Positions 9,863 through 19,262 of a stretch of 54,506 nt of DNA are shown piece after piece. The notes under the pieces are model-generated. The model made no database searches, was not told the DNA's origin, and was given only the letters and a program-made list of their open reading frames with translations. The DNA lies in NCBI GenBank assembly GCA_964573095.1, contig CAZNIK010000001.1, forward strand, positions 1-54,506, written 5' to 3'. Within the stretch, counting starts at the first letter, position 1. Each line of letters starts with the position of its first letter. The position numbers and the translations under genes are program-made. Source of the stretch: an uncultured Candidatus Saccharibacteria bacterium (lineage in GTDB: Bacteria > Patescibacteriota > Saccharimonadia > Saccharimonadales > 2-12-FULL-41-12).

Positions 9863-10719
9863 CGAGTTCGAAAGCGCTAGGAAAAGGGTTTGGAAGTTTG
9901 TTGCCTTCTGATTTTGATGATTCATTGTTGCTCGATAAGGAAGAACGCGTTCAAAAGATCTTAATTCAAGACATAAAGCCTGATCCAGCTCAGCCCCGAA
10001 AATCCTTCGATAAAAACTCCATTGAGGAGCTGGCACAATCAATAAAAACGCATGGAATTTTACAACCTTTAGTGTTGGTCGAAACGGAGGGTGGCTACAT
10101 GATCGTGGCGGGCGAACGTCGCTATCATGCTGCAAAACAGGCTGGCCTGTCGCAGCTACCAGCGCTGGTGAGGAGTTTAGAGGAGTTAGAACGGCTCGAG
10201 ATCAGTCTTATCGAGAATGTTCAGCGGGTTGATCTAGCACCGCTTGAACAAGCGCAGTCGATTGCGAGACTGAACGAACAATTTTCGATGAGCTACCAAG
10301 ACATCGCAAAACGGCTCGGTAAAGCCTATACAACCGTTGTAAACATAACACGTCTTTTGCAGTTGCCAGACATTGCATTGCGGGCGCTCTCCGAGGGAAA
10401 AATCTCCGAAGGTCACGCGCGATCGGTGCTCGCGCTAAAGGATGACCCGTCGGCTCAAGAAGAATTAGTGTCGAGTATCATTGAAAAAAAATGGTCCGTG
10501 CGCCGAGCCGAGCAGTTTGTTATTGATAGAAAGCATGCCAACAACGCCACACAGGGTCGGGCGAAGACCAAGCCGCTCCACCCACTTTCTGAGCAACTTG
10601 GCAAAAAACTTCACGCCCAAGTTCGAATAACTGAAACCAAAAAGGGCGGAAAAGTACAGTTGGTGTTTGAAGCCAAAAAGGACCTGGAAGCATTTATTAG
10701 ATCGGTCAGCAACGACTGA
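9859..10719 (+). CDS. parB: ParB/Spo0J partitioning protein
   Basis: LGKGFGSLL N-terminus, QPRK.F, GILQPL, AGERRYHAA, ENVQRVDL; ATGA overlap with parA. Confidence 0.96.
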   Translation: MTSSKALGKGFGSLLPSDFDDSLLLDKEERVQKILIQDIKPDPAQPRKSFDKNSIEELAQSIKTHGILQPLVLVETEGGYMIVAGERRYHAAKQAGLSQLPALVRSLEELERLEISLIENVQRVDLAPLEQAQSIARLNEQFSMSYQDIAKRLGKAYTTVVNITRLLQLPDIALRALSEGKISEGHARSVLALKDDPSAQEELVSSIIEKKWSVRRAEQFVIDRKHANNATQGRAKTKPLHPLSEQLGKKLHAQVRITETKKGGKVQLVFEAKKDLEAFIRSVSND

Positions 10720-10759
10720 ACAACAATCTGTGTATTTGGATGCGTTTTCTGAATAAAAA

Positions 10760-11446
10760 TTAGAAACGCGTAGTCTGATTAAAGGGGTAAATCCGAGCCG
10801 CAAGCTCCCCGACAATGTCACTAGAGGATACGGCGCCGAAGACGCGTGAATCGAGGGAATTGTCTCTGTTATCACCCATTACAAAGACTTCGTCTTTTCC
10901 GATTTTTTGATCAATATTCCCGCTGGTAACTTTTATGATTTTTGACTCGGGGCCCTCGCGATCAACCAAAAATCCATCCGGGTTTTGTTGATTATAAATT
11001 GTCACCACGCCGTCCTTGACAACCACTCGATCGCCGGGCACGCCAATAACCCGCTTTATTAGTTGTTTTTTGGTGACTTGCTCCTCGAAGCCGTAGTCAC
11101 CACGATGATTAAATACGATTATGTCGTAGCGTTTAGGTATATATGGTTTGTTTGTAATTCGTGACACCGTTTTGCCGGCTTTTATCACAATCAGCCGGTC
11201 GCCATTTGAAAGAGTAGTCTCCATGCTTGGCCCGTCCACTTCGTAGTTTTGGACTACAAAACCAATAATGAGAAACGGGATTCCAATGACACCGAGGGCC
11301 AGGATTGCGGTAGTAAGGTTCGCACGAAAGCTCGACTTTTTCTTCGAGCCTTGAGGCTTTTGGCTGGTGTGCGCATCGTGCGGAGACTGTTCCTGCTCAT
11401 GTACTTTTTCCGAATGCATAACAACAAGTAGCTTATCACGAATCAT
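10760..11446 (-). CDS. lepB: Signal peptidase I
   Basis: Catalytic GPSMETTL (Ser), IKRVIG (Lys), GDNRDNSLDSR. Confidence 0.95.
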   Translation of the reverse strand: MIRDKLLVVMHSEKVHEQEQSPHDAHTSQKPQGSKKKSSFRANLTTAILALGVIGIPFLIIGFVVQNYEVDGPSMETTLSNGDRLIVIKAGKTVSRITNKPYIPKRYDIIVFNHRGDYGFEEQVTKKQLIKRVIGVPGDRVVVKDGVVTIYNQQNPDGFLVDREGPESKIIKVTSGNIDQKIGKDEVFVMGDNRDNSLDSRVFGAVSSSDIVGELAARIYPFNQTTRF

Positions 11447-11474
11447 CGGTAGGCATACATGTATTGCAGTAGAT

Positions 11475-11491
11475 TCTCAGTTAATCCTCAG
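11475..11491 (+). promoter_or_regulatory. TCTCAG-N5-CCTCAG direct repeat, candidate response-regulator box (LCP/lepB intergenic)
   Basis: TCTCAG TTAAT CCTCAG, followed 11 nt later by TAGACT (11503-11508). Confidence 0.65.
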
Positions 11492-11618
11492 CTACTATGG
11501 AATAGACTTTTAAAAGAGTTAATTTCCATACTGCCCTTCAAAAATTATATTCAGTTTGTCTGGTTTACTCGGGGGGGTAAAAGTAGGTATAATTGATTCC
11601 TACGTGCTTACGTAATAT

Positions 11619-13268
11619 ATGAACGATTTTCTTCAAAAAAAGCCAAATAAGCGTCGTCCACAAACATCCATCGACGGGATAAGTAGGCCATCAAAAGCAT
11701 CTCGACCAACCGGTGGAGTGGGCTTTGATAAGCCTGCTTCGTATCGTCCCGGATCCCCAAAACTCGACGATTTTTCGAGGCGAGAAGGTTTTCGACCAAC
11801 CTCTCAAGCGCCATTGGCAACCACCAAGTCATACGACGAACCATTGATTATCGAGAAGCAACCGCAAAAGAAATCATTTTTTGGGCGCAAAAAAGCCAGT
11901 CCTTCGGGCTTTCAAAAACGAAAAAAACCAATATCGAACAAGAAAAAAGCCCTCAGAGCGTTTTCGGTGCTGGTTGTACTCGTGATGATGGTTACTGGCT
12001 TTTTGTTTGCCAAGGGCTATATAAATCTCAGAAAGGTGTTGTCCGGTGGCGGCGGGGCTGCAGCACTGCAGGAGAACGTGGACCCCTCAAAGCTTAGAGG
12101 AGAGGGCGATGGACGGGTGAACATTTTACTGCTTGGCCGGGGCGGAGAAGGGCACGAAGGTGCAGATTTAACTGACACAGTAATTTTGGCAAGTATCGAC
12201 CCGGTTGCGAAAGAGGCCGCGCTGGTAAGTGTTCCGCGCGATACCTATGTTTCGGTTCCTGGATACGGTTCCATGAAGATCAACCAAGTATTCTACACAG
12301 GAAAAACCAATGCGCTCAATAAATACTCAAAGAAAACCAACGAAGTAAAAAATCAAGCCGAAGATGCTGGTTTTGCGTTGATGGAAAGTACCGTTCAGAA
12401 AACACTAGGTATACCCGTTCATTATCACGCGATGGTTGATTTTTCTGGATTTAAAGATGCGGTTAATAATGTGAATGGTATCTCCTTGAATGCGCCAAAA
12501 GCCGTCACAGAACAGATGAGAATTGACGGTAAACCATACTATCTTAATGTAAAGCCTGGGCAACAAAACTTTGACGGTTTTCGGGCACTGGCCTACGCGC
12601 GTTCTCGTTACACGAGCGAACGGGGCGATTTTGACCGATCCGAACGCCAACGCCTCATTATTGCGGCACTCAAGGATAAAACCCTGTCGCTTGGCACCTT
12701 TTCCAATCCGCAAAAGATTTCTAACTTGCTCTCGACGTTTGGAAATCATGTACAGACCAACTTTTCTGCCAAGGACTTGTCGCGTCTCTATGACATCACA
12801 AAGGACATTCCCGGCAACAAAATAACCTCGATTGGTCTGGCGGATCCGCCAAATAATTTTCTTACCACCAGCAACGTCGATGGTCTTTCGGTGGTAGTAC
12901 CTACCGCGGGGCGGGGGAATTATAAGGAGATACAGTCATATCTTAGGAATGTGCTAAAAGATAGCTATTTGAAGAGCGAAAACGCCAGCGTAATGCTGCT
13001 TAATGGCACGACAACTGCCGGTTTAGCTACCCAAAAAGCCGATGAACTAAAAAGTTACGGCTACAATGTCACAAAGGTCGACAACGCTCCGACGAAAAAC
13101 TACAGTCGGACGATTGTAGTAGATCTAAGGGGTGGCTCTAAGAAATACACCAAAAATTATCTTGAAAAGCGTTATGGGGTCTCAGCGGTAACCAATCTGC
13201 CCGACGCCAATATTCAGCCTGGAACAGCAGACTTTGTTATAATCATCGGCAGTGATCAATCGAGATAA
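11619..13268 (+). CDS. LCP (LytR-CpsA-Psr) family protein with C-terminal LytR_C domain
   Basis: TM helix, NILLLG, TDTVILAS, VSVPRDTYV, ALAYARSR, DFDRSERQR; C-terminal VMLLNGTTTAGLA...DFVIIIG. Confidence 0.93.
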   Translation: MNDFLQKKPNKRRPQTSIDGISRPSKASRPTGGVGFDKPASYRPGSPKLDDFSRREGFRPTSQAPLATTKSYDEPLIIEKQPQKKSFFGRKKASPSGFQKRKKPISNKKKALRAFSVLVVLVMMVTGFLFAKGYINLRKVLSGGGGAAALQENVDPSKLRGEGDGRVNILLLGRGGEGHEGADLTDTVILASIDPVAKEAALVSVPRDTYVSVPGYGSMKINQVFYTGKTNALNKYSKKTNEVKNQAEDAGFALMESTVQKTLGIPVHYHAMVDFSGFKDAVNNVNGISLNAPKAVTEQMRIDGKPYYLNVKPGQQNFDGFRALAYARSRYTSERGDFDRSERQRLIIAALKDKTLSLGTFSNPQKISNLLSTFGNHVQTNFSAKDLSRLYDITKDIPGNKITSIGLADPPNNFLTTSNVDGLSVVVPTAGRGNYKEIQSYLRNVLKDSYLKSENASVMLLNGTTTAGLATQKADELKSYGYNVTKVDNAPTKNYSRTIVVDLRGGSKKYTKNYLEKRYGVSAVTNLPDANIQPGTADFVIIIGSDQSR

Positions 13269-13289
13269 TTTGAGAGTAACACGCCTAAA

Positions 13290-14045
13290 ATGGTAAGAAT
13301 GCTTGTAAGCAAAGTGCGCCCCGGAAAAGGGTTTTCGCACCTTTTTCATTTTGTGCTGGTCGGTTTGCTGCCCCTGTTGGTATATTTATTTGTTCGACTT
13401 GAGTTTTACAATGTTGCCCTGGCAATCATTTTGCTCAGCAAGTGGAGAATGTTTGCGGTTCGTCCACGACACTGGCTGGCGCACGTTCGGACAAATGCCG
13501 TTGATATTATTGCCAGCTTGTCGTTTTTGACCTTTATGATTAACAGCGAATCGATGTCTATGCAGCTGGTGTGGCTCATAGCTTATGAGGTGTGGGTCCT
13601 ATATCTCAAGCCCGGGTCAACGACGTTACTGATTGGTTTGCAAGCACTGATTGGTCAATTTATTGGGTTGGTTGCATTGTTTATTGCCTTCGAAGATGTG
13701 TCGTTGGCGGTATATGTTATCGGGGTTTCGGTAGTAACCTACTTTTGCTCACGGCACTTTTTTGCAGGATTTGAGGAGGAGAACGCCAGTATTTACTCCT
13801 GGATTTGGGCGTTTTTTGGGGGCTCAATTGCTTGGTTGCTTGGGCATTGGCTGTTGTTCTATGGTCCTATAGCTCAACCTGCGCTGTTGCTCTCGGTAAT
13901 TGGATACGGCTTGATCACGCTGTACTATCTCGATGAAACTGATCGGCTTTCCGCGCTTGTGCGTCGCCAAGTCTTGTTTGTAATTGTTGCCGTGGTGATA
14001 GTGATGATTGTCTTCTCTAACTGGGGCGACAGTGTTATTAAGTAG
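13290..14045 (+). CDS. Hypothetical polytopic membrane protein
   Basis: 251-aa ORF, almost entirely hydrophobic segments; no family recognised. Confidence 0.75.
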   Translation: MVRMLVSKVRPGKGFSHLFHFVLVGLLPLLVYLFVRLEFYNVALAIILLSKWRMFAVRPRHWLAHVRTNAVDIIASLSFLTFMINSESMSMQLVWLIAYEVWVLYLKPGSTTLLIGLQALIGQFIGLVALFIAFEDVSLAVYVIGVSVVTYFCSRHFFAGFEEENASIYSWIWAFFGGSIAWLLGHWLLFYGPIAQPALLLSVIGYGLITLYYLDETDRLSALVRRQVLFVIVAVVIVMIVFSNWGDSVIK

Positions 14046-14057
14046 CAAAATGTTGCT

Positions 14058-14074
14058 TCTCAGCTAATCCTCAG
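14058..14074 (+). promoter_or_regulatory. TCTCAG-N5-CCTCAG direct repeat upstream of htrA
   Basis: TCTCAG CTAAT CCTCAG, 12 nt, TATAAT (14087-14092), 9 nt, ATG. Confidence 0.7.
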
Positions 14075-14101
14075 CCAACCTAGAGTTATAATATAAGCAT
14101 A

Positions 14102-15325
14102 ATGGAACAAACCCCAAGCGAACCAGAAAAAAAGACTGACAAAAAAAAGGCCGCCGCTGCGCCCAAGCAAAAAACCGAGGTTTCGGTTGGCAAACAACGT
14201 GTGCTTACGGTGTTGTTGCTGTTGATAAGCAGTGTGAGCGCTGGATTTCTTGGAGGGTATTTTGGTGGTCGCCAAGACGATACTGCGCAGCGTAACTCGG
14301 TGTCGCAGGCCCAGAAGGTGGTCACGAGTGAAGGTGAACTTATTTCTAAAATTGCCAAAGAGGTCGGCCCAAGTGTCGTTTCGGTAAATGTATCCTCAAA
14401 GACGACCAGAAACAGCGTATTTGGTCCAAGAACACAAAGTCAAGAGAGCGCCGGTACTGGATTCATTATTAGTAAAGAGGGTGTGATTGTAACGAATCGA
14501 CACGTTGTTCCAGCAGGTGCAACTGATGTGAGCGTGACATTGTCAGACGGCACGCAACTTGATGGCGTTGAGGTTATTGGGCGCACGAACGACGGAGATT
14601 CGCTTGATATTGCATTCTTAAAGGTCAAAGACACCAAAGGCAAAGAGCTGAAACCGGCGAAACTCGGTGATTCTGCAAAAGTGCAGGTTGGCGACAAAGT
14701 GGTCGCGATTGGAAACGCGCTTGGACAGTTCCAAAACACGGTTACTTCTGGGATAATTTCGGGTTACGGCCGTAGTGTGGAGGCTGGAGATGATACTGGC
14801 TCGGAGTCATTGCAAAATTTATTTCAGACCGATGCGGCAATTAATCAAGGCAACTCGGGCGGGCCACTTGTAAACACATCTGGCGAGGTAATAGGCATTA
14901 ATACTGCTATTGCGGGCGGAACGGCTCAAAACATTGGTTTTGCGATCCCAATCAACGACGTGGGCGGACTGGTTAAGAGCGTATTGAAAAACGGTAAGCT
15001 TCAGCGTCCCTATCTTGGCGTACGTTACGTAACCCTCAATGACGAGTATGCCTATCAATATAATCTTGACGTTAAGCGTGGTGCGTATATTGCACCGACT
15101 GGGGGTGGGCAAGCGTCAATTATTGATGGTAGTCCAGCGCAAAAAGCAGGGCTAAAAGAAAAGGACATCATCACCAAGGTGAACGACCAAGACATTAATG
15201 AACAGAACAGCCTTGTTTCGGTGCTGGGTCGATATAGTGTGGGTGATAAAGTAAAGCTCACTGTGGTGCGTGATGGCAAAACGATCACGCTTGACGCGAC
15301 GCTCGAGGCAGCGCCGACCAGTTAG
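14102..15325 (+). CDS. htrA: HtrA/DegP-like trypsin serine protease with one PDZ domain
   Basis: TNRHVV (His), DIAFLKV (Asp), AINQGNSGGPL (Ser), PDZ with SPAQKAGL; N-terminal TM. Confidence 0.95.
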   Translation: MEQTPSEPEKKTDKKKAAAAPKQKTEVSVGKQRVLTVLLLLISSVSAGFLGGYFGGRQDDTAQRNSVSQAQKVVTSEGELISKIAKEVGPSVVSVNVSSKTTRNSVFGPRTQSQESAGTGFIISKEGVIVTNRHVVPAGATDVSVTLSDGTQLDGVEVIGRTNDGDSLDIAFLKVKDTKGKELKPAKLGDSAKVQVGDKVVAIGNALGQFQNTVTSGIISGYGRSVEAGDDTGSESLQNLFQTDAAINQGNSGGPLVNTSGEVIGINTAIAGGTAQNIGFAIPINDVGGLVKSVLKNGKLQRPYLGVRYVTLNDEYAYQYNLDVKRGAYIAPTGGGQASIIDGSPAQKAGLKEKDIITKVNDQDINEQNSLVSVLGRYSVGDKVKLTVVRDGKTITLDATLEAAPTS

Positions 15326-15351
15326 TGCACGGGTTTTAACAGAGACGTTTT

Positions 15352-16167
15352 TTAGGTGTGTGGTGAGGTTACGAAAAGCTGAGTAAGTTGCTCAGTTTTT
15401 TGTAATTGGTACCCGGCGCTTTGGGCAAGCTCTGCTTGTGTTTTGTGTTGCGATTCAAGAGCTTCACTCAGAACATATGGTGATCGACTTTTGAGGCGAT
15501 CGACGTGCTGCCAAAACCGACGATAATAATCTAGTCCGTCCTTGCCCGAAAAAAGTGCCAGCTGCGGTTCGTGAGTTATTTCTGGGCTAGTTATAAGGCC
15601 GCTGGGGACGTATGGCAAGTTGGCAATAACTGCGGTTTTGGTAGTAACCCCGTCAACCACCGAGTCAAGCAGGTCGGATTCAATGAATGAAATATCGATG
15701 TGGTGAAGCGCAGCGTTACCTTTTGCGACATCGAGAGCCCCGGCGCTAATGTCGGTTGCAACAACTGTACAGTCGGGGAATTCGAGCTTTGCGGTGATTG
15801 CCAGACAGCCCGAACCGGTGCCGACATCAATGATTTTTTCGAAAGACAGATCTTTTAGGAGTGTAATGAATGCCTCGGACTCTGGTCTTGGTATCATCAC
15901 GTTTGGGTTGACTGCGAAAAAGCGGCCGTAAAACCAGGCTTTACCACGAATGTAGGCCAAAGGCTCTCTGTTCAGCCGGCGCTGCACTGGTCGTTCGAGC
16001 GCAGCCAGATCGTCATCACTCAAAACACGTTCTGGATGTGAGACAACCCACGCTCGATCTTTGTGCAGACAGTCCTCAAGTAGTACTAGCGAATCTCTTC
16101 GAGGAGCATCAACGCCTTGCGCACCAAGCTCGGACATAGTACTAATGAGCCAATCGGCAATTGTCAT
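15352..16167 (-). CDS. prmC: Release factor glutamine methyltransferase (HemK/PrmC)
   Basis: EPLAYIRG, MIPRPESE, DVGTGSGCLA, ANLPYV, GKDGLDYYR. Confidence 0.93.
   Translation of the reverse strand: MTIADWLISTMSELGAQGVDAPRRDSLVLLEDCLHKDRAWVVSHPERVLSDDDLAALERPVQRRLNREPLAYIRGKAWFYGRFFAVNPNVMIPRPESEAFITLLKDLSFEKIIDVGTGSGCLAITAKLEFPDCTVVATDISAGALDVAKGNAALHHIDISFIESDLLDSVVDGVTTKTAVIANLPYVPSGLITSPEITHEPQLALFSGKDGLDYYRRFWQHVDRLKSRSPYVLSEALESQHKTQAELAQSAGYQLQKTEQLTQLFVTSPHT
15374..15401 (+). terminator. Candidate intrinsic terminator for htrA, embedded in the 3' end of the convergent prmC
   Basis: AAAAGCTGAG-TAAGTTG-CTCAGTTTTTT stem-loop with T-run. Confidence 0.4.
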
Positions 16168-16233
16168 CAGTTATGTAGTATAGACGGTCGAACTAACCGT
16201 AAGCAATTGTATATTTTTTCTCGTTTTTAGATA

Positions 16234-16893
16234 ATGTCTCATACAATGTCAGAAGGGAATTTTGAGCAATATCATGGTAGTCAAGAAATTGGCCATGAGC
16301 AGTGCTGGTTTTTTATTGAGAAAATTGAGTCCTTTCGTCCTGCGCTTCTTCCCGTCACTGAGGAACGAGGCTTGTGGCCTCACGGTCACCTAACGGGTAG
16401 TGACTATTGGCGCCATCGCGATCTAAGTGGGCAATTTAGTTTAGCTGATAACAAAGAACTGAGCATCATTATTGCCGAGGAAGAAGTTCGGCTCGATAAT
16501 GTACTTCAAAAATTTCGCGTGCACGCTGCTACGATGAGCGAGTATTTTAACAGTCCTAATGGAAAAAATAAAATTGTTACTTCCTACAGTGTTACCCAAG
16601 AAATGACCCCTGAAGTTGAGGTTACTACCAACTATTCATCAAAGCTATACTGCTGGGACGAAAACGAAGGTGTGTGGAAAAAAGTAAGAACCAGACTAGA
16701 GGAAATGTGGCATACACTTGCAAAAGCCGATCGCGAGCGGGGTGAATCAGAGCTTAGTGGCGACAGCTTTGTGGCGTGGTTCACTGCATATTGTGAAGAA
16801 GAAGGGGAAATGGCAGATATTGGGTTGCCGAACGTATTTACACAAGATCGGTTTAATGAAATTATGGATGTGCTTGAGGGACTTGGGCGTTAA
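16234..16893 (+). CDS. Hypothetical acidic orphan protein inserted between prfA and prmC on the opposite strand
   Basis: 219-aa ORF filling the gap exactly; no motif recognised. Confidence 0.7.
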   Translation: MSHTMSEGNFEQYHGSQEIGHEQCWFFIEKIESFRPALLPVTEERGLWPHGHLTGSDYWRHRDLSGQFSLADNKELSIIIAEEEVRLDNVLQKFRVHAATMSEYFNSPNGKNKIVTSYSVTQEMTPEVEVTTNYSSKLYCWDENEGVWKKVRTRLEEMWHTLAKADRERGESELSGDSFVAWFTAYCEEEGEMADIGLPNVFTQDRFNEIMDVLEGLGR

Positions 16894-16899
16894 CGAACC

Positions 16900-17964
16900 T
16901 CATTCGCGATTTATTAGTTCGTGTTCGTATGCCAACAGCTTCTCGATGAGATCGTCGATGTTGCCATCTAGTGCAGCGGGAATGTTAGATCGGCTGTAGC
17001 CGATGCGGTGATCGGTAATGCGATCTTGAGGGAAGTTGTAGGTCCGGATTTTCTCGCTGCGATCTCCTGAACCGATTAGTTTTTTTCGGGCATCAGATAG
17101 CTCGGCTTGTTCGGCTTCGATTTTTTGGGCTAGTAGTCGCGCTCGAAGTACTCCCATGGCCTTTTCTTTGTTTTTTATTTGGGACTTTTCGTCTTGGCAG
17201 GTAACAACCGTGCCACTCGGAAGATGAGTAATGCGTACCGCAGAATCGGTCGTATTTACGCTCTGTCCACCGTGCCCACCAGAGCGAAACACATCAATTC
17301 GTAGGTCGCTTGGGTTAATTTCTAAATCAGTTTCTTCAGCTTCGGGCATGACGGCGACGGTGGCGGTGCTGGTATGCACTCGGCCTTGAGACTCGGTCAC
17401 GGGAACGCGTTGTACGCGGTGCACACCAGCTTCAAACTTTAGATTTTTATACGCCTCGAGTCCTTTTATTGCAAAACTAATCTCTTTGTAGCCGCCAGCC
17501 TCCGAAGGACTGTCGTCAATGTGCTCTACTTTATAGTTGTGTGATTCTGCCCACCGGCTGTACATTCGAAAAAGCTCGGCGGCAAATAGGCTGGACTCAT
17601 CACCGCCGGCCGCCGCCCGTATTTCAACAATTACGTCGCGGTCATTATTAGGATCCTTGGGGGTGAGGGCTTCAGAGAGCGCTTGATTGGCCTCTGCGCG
17701 GCGGGTTTTGATGTTCTCAAGCTCTCCGCTGGCCAACTCGGCCAGGTCGCCGCCCGCATTTAACATCTCTTGCGCGGTCTTTAGTTGATCATCCAGTCTT
17801 TTTAGCTCGTCAAATAACAATAGGGTTTCTTCGAGTTCTTTTTGTCGTTTGGCCAACTTTGGATACTTTGGATCACTGAAAATTTGTGGATTGCTTAGCG
17901 TGTCTGCCAGCTTCTTTGCCTCGTCCCTAAGGGATATTTCTTTGTCTTGCATGCTATGTTCCAT
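16900..17964 (-). CDS. prfA: Peptide chain release factor 1
   Basis: [16 protein letters not shown] tripeptide ([10 protein letters not shown]), IRTYNFPQ; start may be ATG 17952. Confidence 0.97.
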   Translation of the reverse strand: MEHSMQDKEISLRDEAKKLADTLSNPQIFSDPKYPKLAKRQKELEETLLLFDELKRLDDQLKTAQEMLNAGGDLAELASGELENIKTRRAEANQALSEALTPKDPNNDRDVIVEIRAAAGGDESSLFAAELFRMYSRWAESHNYKVEHIDDSPSEAGGYKEISFAIKGLEAYKNLKFEAGVHRVQRVPVTESQGRVHTSTATVAVMPEAEETDLEINPSDLRIDVFRSGGHGGQSVNTTDSAVRITHLPSGTVVTCQDEKSQIKNKEKAMGVLRARLLAQKIEAEQAELSDARKKLIGSGDRSEKIRTYNFPQDRITDHRIGYSRSNIPAALDGNIDDLIEKLLAYEHELINRE

Positions 17965-18020
17965 AATGATACCAAAGAACCGAGACGACCCCCGATTTTA
18001 GGGTGAGCTAATAGTAGTTA

Positions 18021-18344
18021 TTAGCCGAGTTTTTGAGGGGTGGCTTGGGCTTTTTTGCTCTTGGCAGTCTTTTTGTTGGTTGCAGCTCGGGCTTTGGCGG
18101 CGGCTTCTGTTCTAGCTTTAAACTTATCAACGCGTCCTTCGATGTCGAGTAGTTTTTCTTGACCGGTAAAGAAGGGATGCGACGTACTAGAAATGTGTAC
18201 ATTTACGAGCGGATACTCATTGCCATCGCTGTGCTTAATTTTCTCGGTTGTTTTTGCAGTCGAACGAGTCAAAAATGTAGTTCCGTTTGACAGGTCCTTA
18301 AAAACCACCAGTCGATAGTTATCTGGGTGAGTATCTTTTTTCAT
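18021..18344 (-). CDS. rpmE2: 50S ribosomal protein L31, type B (Zn-free), with Lys/Ala-rich C-tail
   Basis: MKKDTHPDNY...SHPFFTGQ...GRVDKF; no Cys. Confidence 0.93.
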   Translation of the reverse strand: MKKDTHPDNYRLVVFKDLSNGTTFLTRSTAKTTEKIKHSDGNEYPLVNVHISSTSHPFFTGQEKLLDIEGRVDKFKARTEAAAKARAATNKKTAKSKKAQATPQKLG

Positions 18345-18353
18345 AATCAGCCT

Positions 18354-18403
18354 ATTATAGCTCGAAATTAGTGTTTGATCAAGATCCGCTGATCTGTTAG
18401 AAT
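18354..18403. promoter_or_regulatory. Back-to-back sigma70-type promoters for rpmE2 (-) and rpsB (+) sharing palindrome TTGATCAA as -35
   Basis: +: TTGATC 18375-80, 17 nt, TAGAAT 18398-403. -: TTGATC (complement of 18377-82), 17 nt, TATAAT (complement of 18354-59). Confidence 0.7.
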
Positions 18404-18409
18404 GAAACT

Positions 18410-18524
18410 AATACTAACGTAGACAATCCTGGGAACATATCCTCCGAAGTAGCAATCCGTGCAGGACGCTCATTCGGCCCCTAGGGTGAAGTGATCTCGA
18501 CAATCGAGGCAAGGAAGGATTATT
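18410..18524 (+). promoter_or_regulatory. Structured rpsB 5' leader, candidate S2 autoregulatory element
   Basis: CCGAA/TTCGG, TCC/GGA and CTCGA/TCGAG stems; ATCCT can pair with the SD-containing AGGAT. Confidence 0.45.
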
Positions 18525-19259
18525 ATGGCATCAACAGATGTTGACGTAAAAAAATTGTTAGAGGCAGGCGCGCACTTTGGCCACAAAACGAGTCGTTGGC
18601 ACCCCAAAATGGCGACCTATATCCATAGCAAAAGAGCAGGGAATCATATTATTGATCTTACCCAAACTGCCGAAAAACTGAGTGAAGCACTGGCATTTTT
18701 AGAAAAAACTGCTGCAGAGGGAAAGCAAATATTGTTCGTCGGAACCAAAAGACAAGCCAAAGAAATAATTCAAAAAGCGGCCGAAGACACGGACATGCCA
18801 TATGTGGCAGAGCGGTGGATTGGGGGCATGCTCACCAATACAGCAACTATTAATGGACGCATAAAACACCTTAAGGATCTCGAGCAGAGGATGGCCAGTG
18901 GGGCGCTTGAGGCCAAATACTCAAAACTTGAGGTTCAGCGCTACCAAGAAGAGATTGATGCTATGAACTTCATGTACGGGGGCATTAAACACATGGCTCA
19001 GCGGCCCGGAGCGCTGTATGTAGTTGATGTGACAAATGAGCTCAATGCCGTCAAAGAGGCCCGAAAGTTGAAAATTCCAATCGTTGCCATCACTGACACC
19101 AACGCCGACCCGAGCTTGATCGATTATGTTATTCCGGCCAATGATGATGCGATTAAAACCATCCAGCTGATCACGGACTACGTCGTTGCAGCCGTAAATG
19201 CTGGCAAAACGACTGGCGCAAAAAAGGCAGAAAAAGCCGAGGAAAAAGGAGACAAATAA
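18525..19259 (+). CDS. rpsB: 30S ribosomal protein S2
   Basis: LLEAGAHFGHKTSRWHPKM, RWIGGMLTN, DTNADP, PANDDAIK. Confidence 0.98.
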   Translation: MASTDVDVKKLLEAGAHFGHKTSRWHPKMATYIHSKRAGNHIIDLTQTAEKLSEALAFLEKTAAEGKQILFVGTKRQAKEIIQKAAEDTDMPYVAERWIGGMLTNTATINGRIKHLKDLEQRMASGALEAKYSKLEVQRYQEEIDAMNFMYGGIKHMAQRPGALYVVDVTNELNAVKEARKLKIPIVAITDTNADPSLIDYVIPANDDAIKTIQLITDYVVAAVNAGKTTGAKKAEKAEEKGDK

Positions 19260-19262
19260 TTT

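Noticed and set aside
9095-10719. parS sites near parAB
   Set aside because: No TGTTTCACGTGAAACA-like palindrome seen by eye; the partial TGTTTCACGG near 47195 is in pyrG and not palindromic
15379-15395. CTGAG/CTCAG pair as a fifth regulon box
   Set aside because: Inverted rather than direct, inside the prmC CDS, and followed by a T-run; better explained as a terminator
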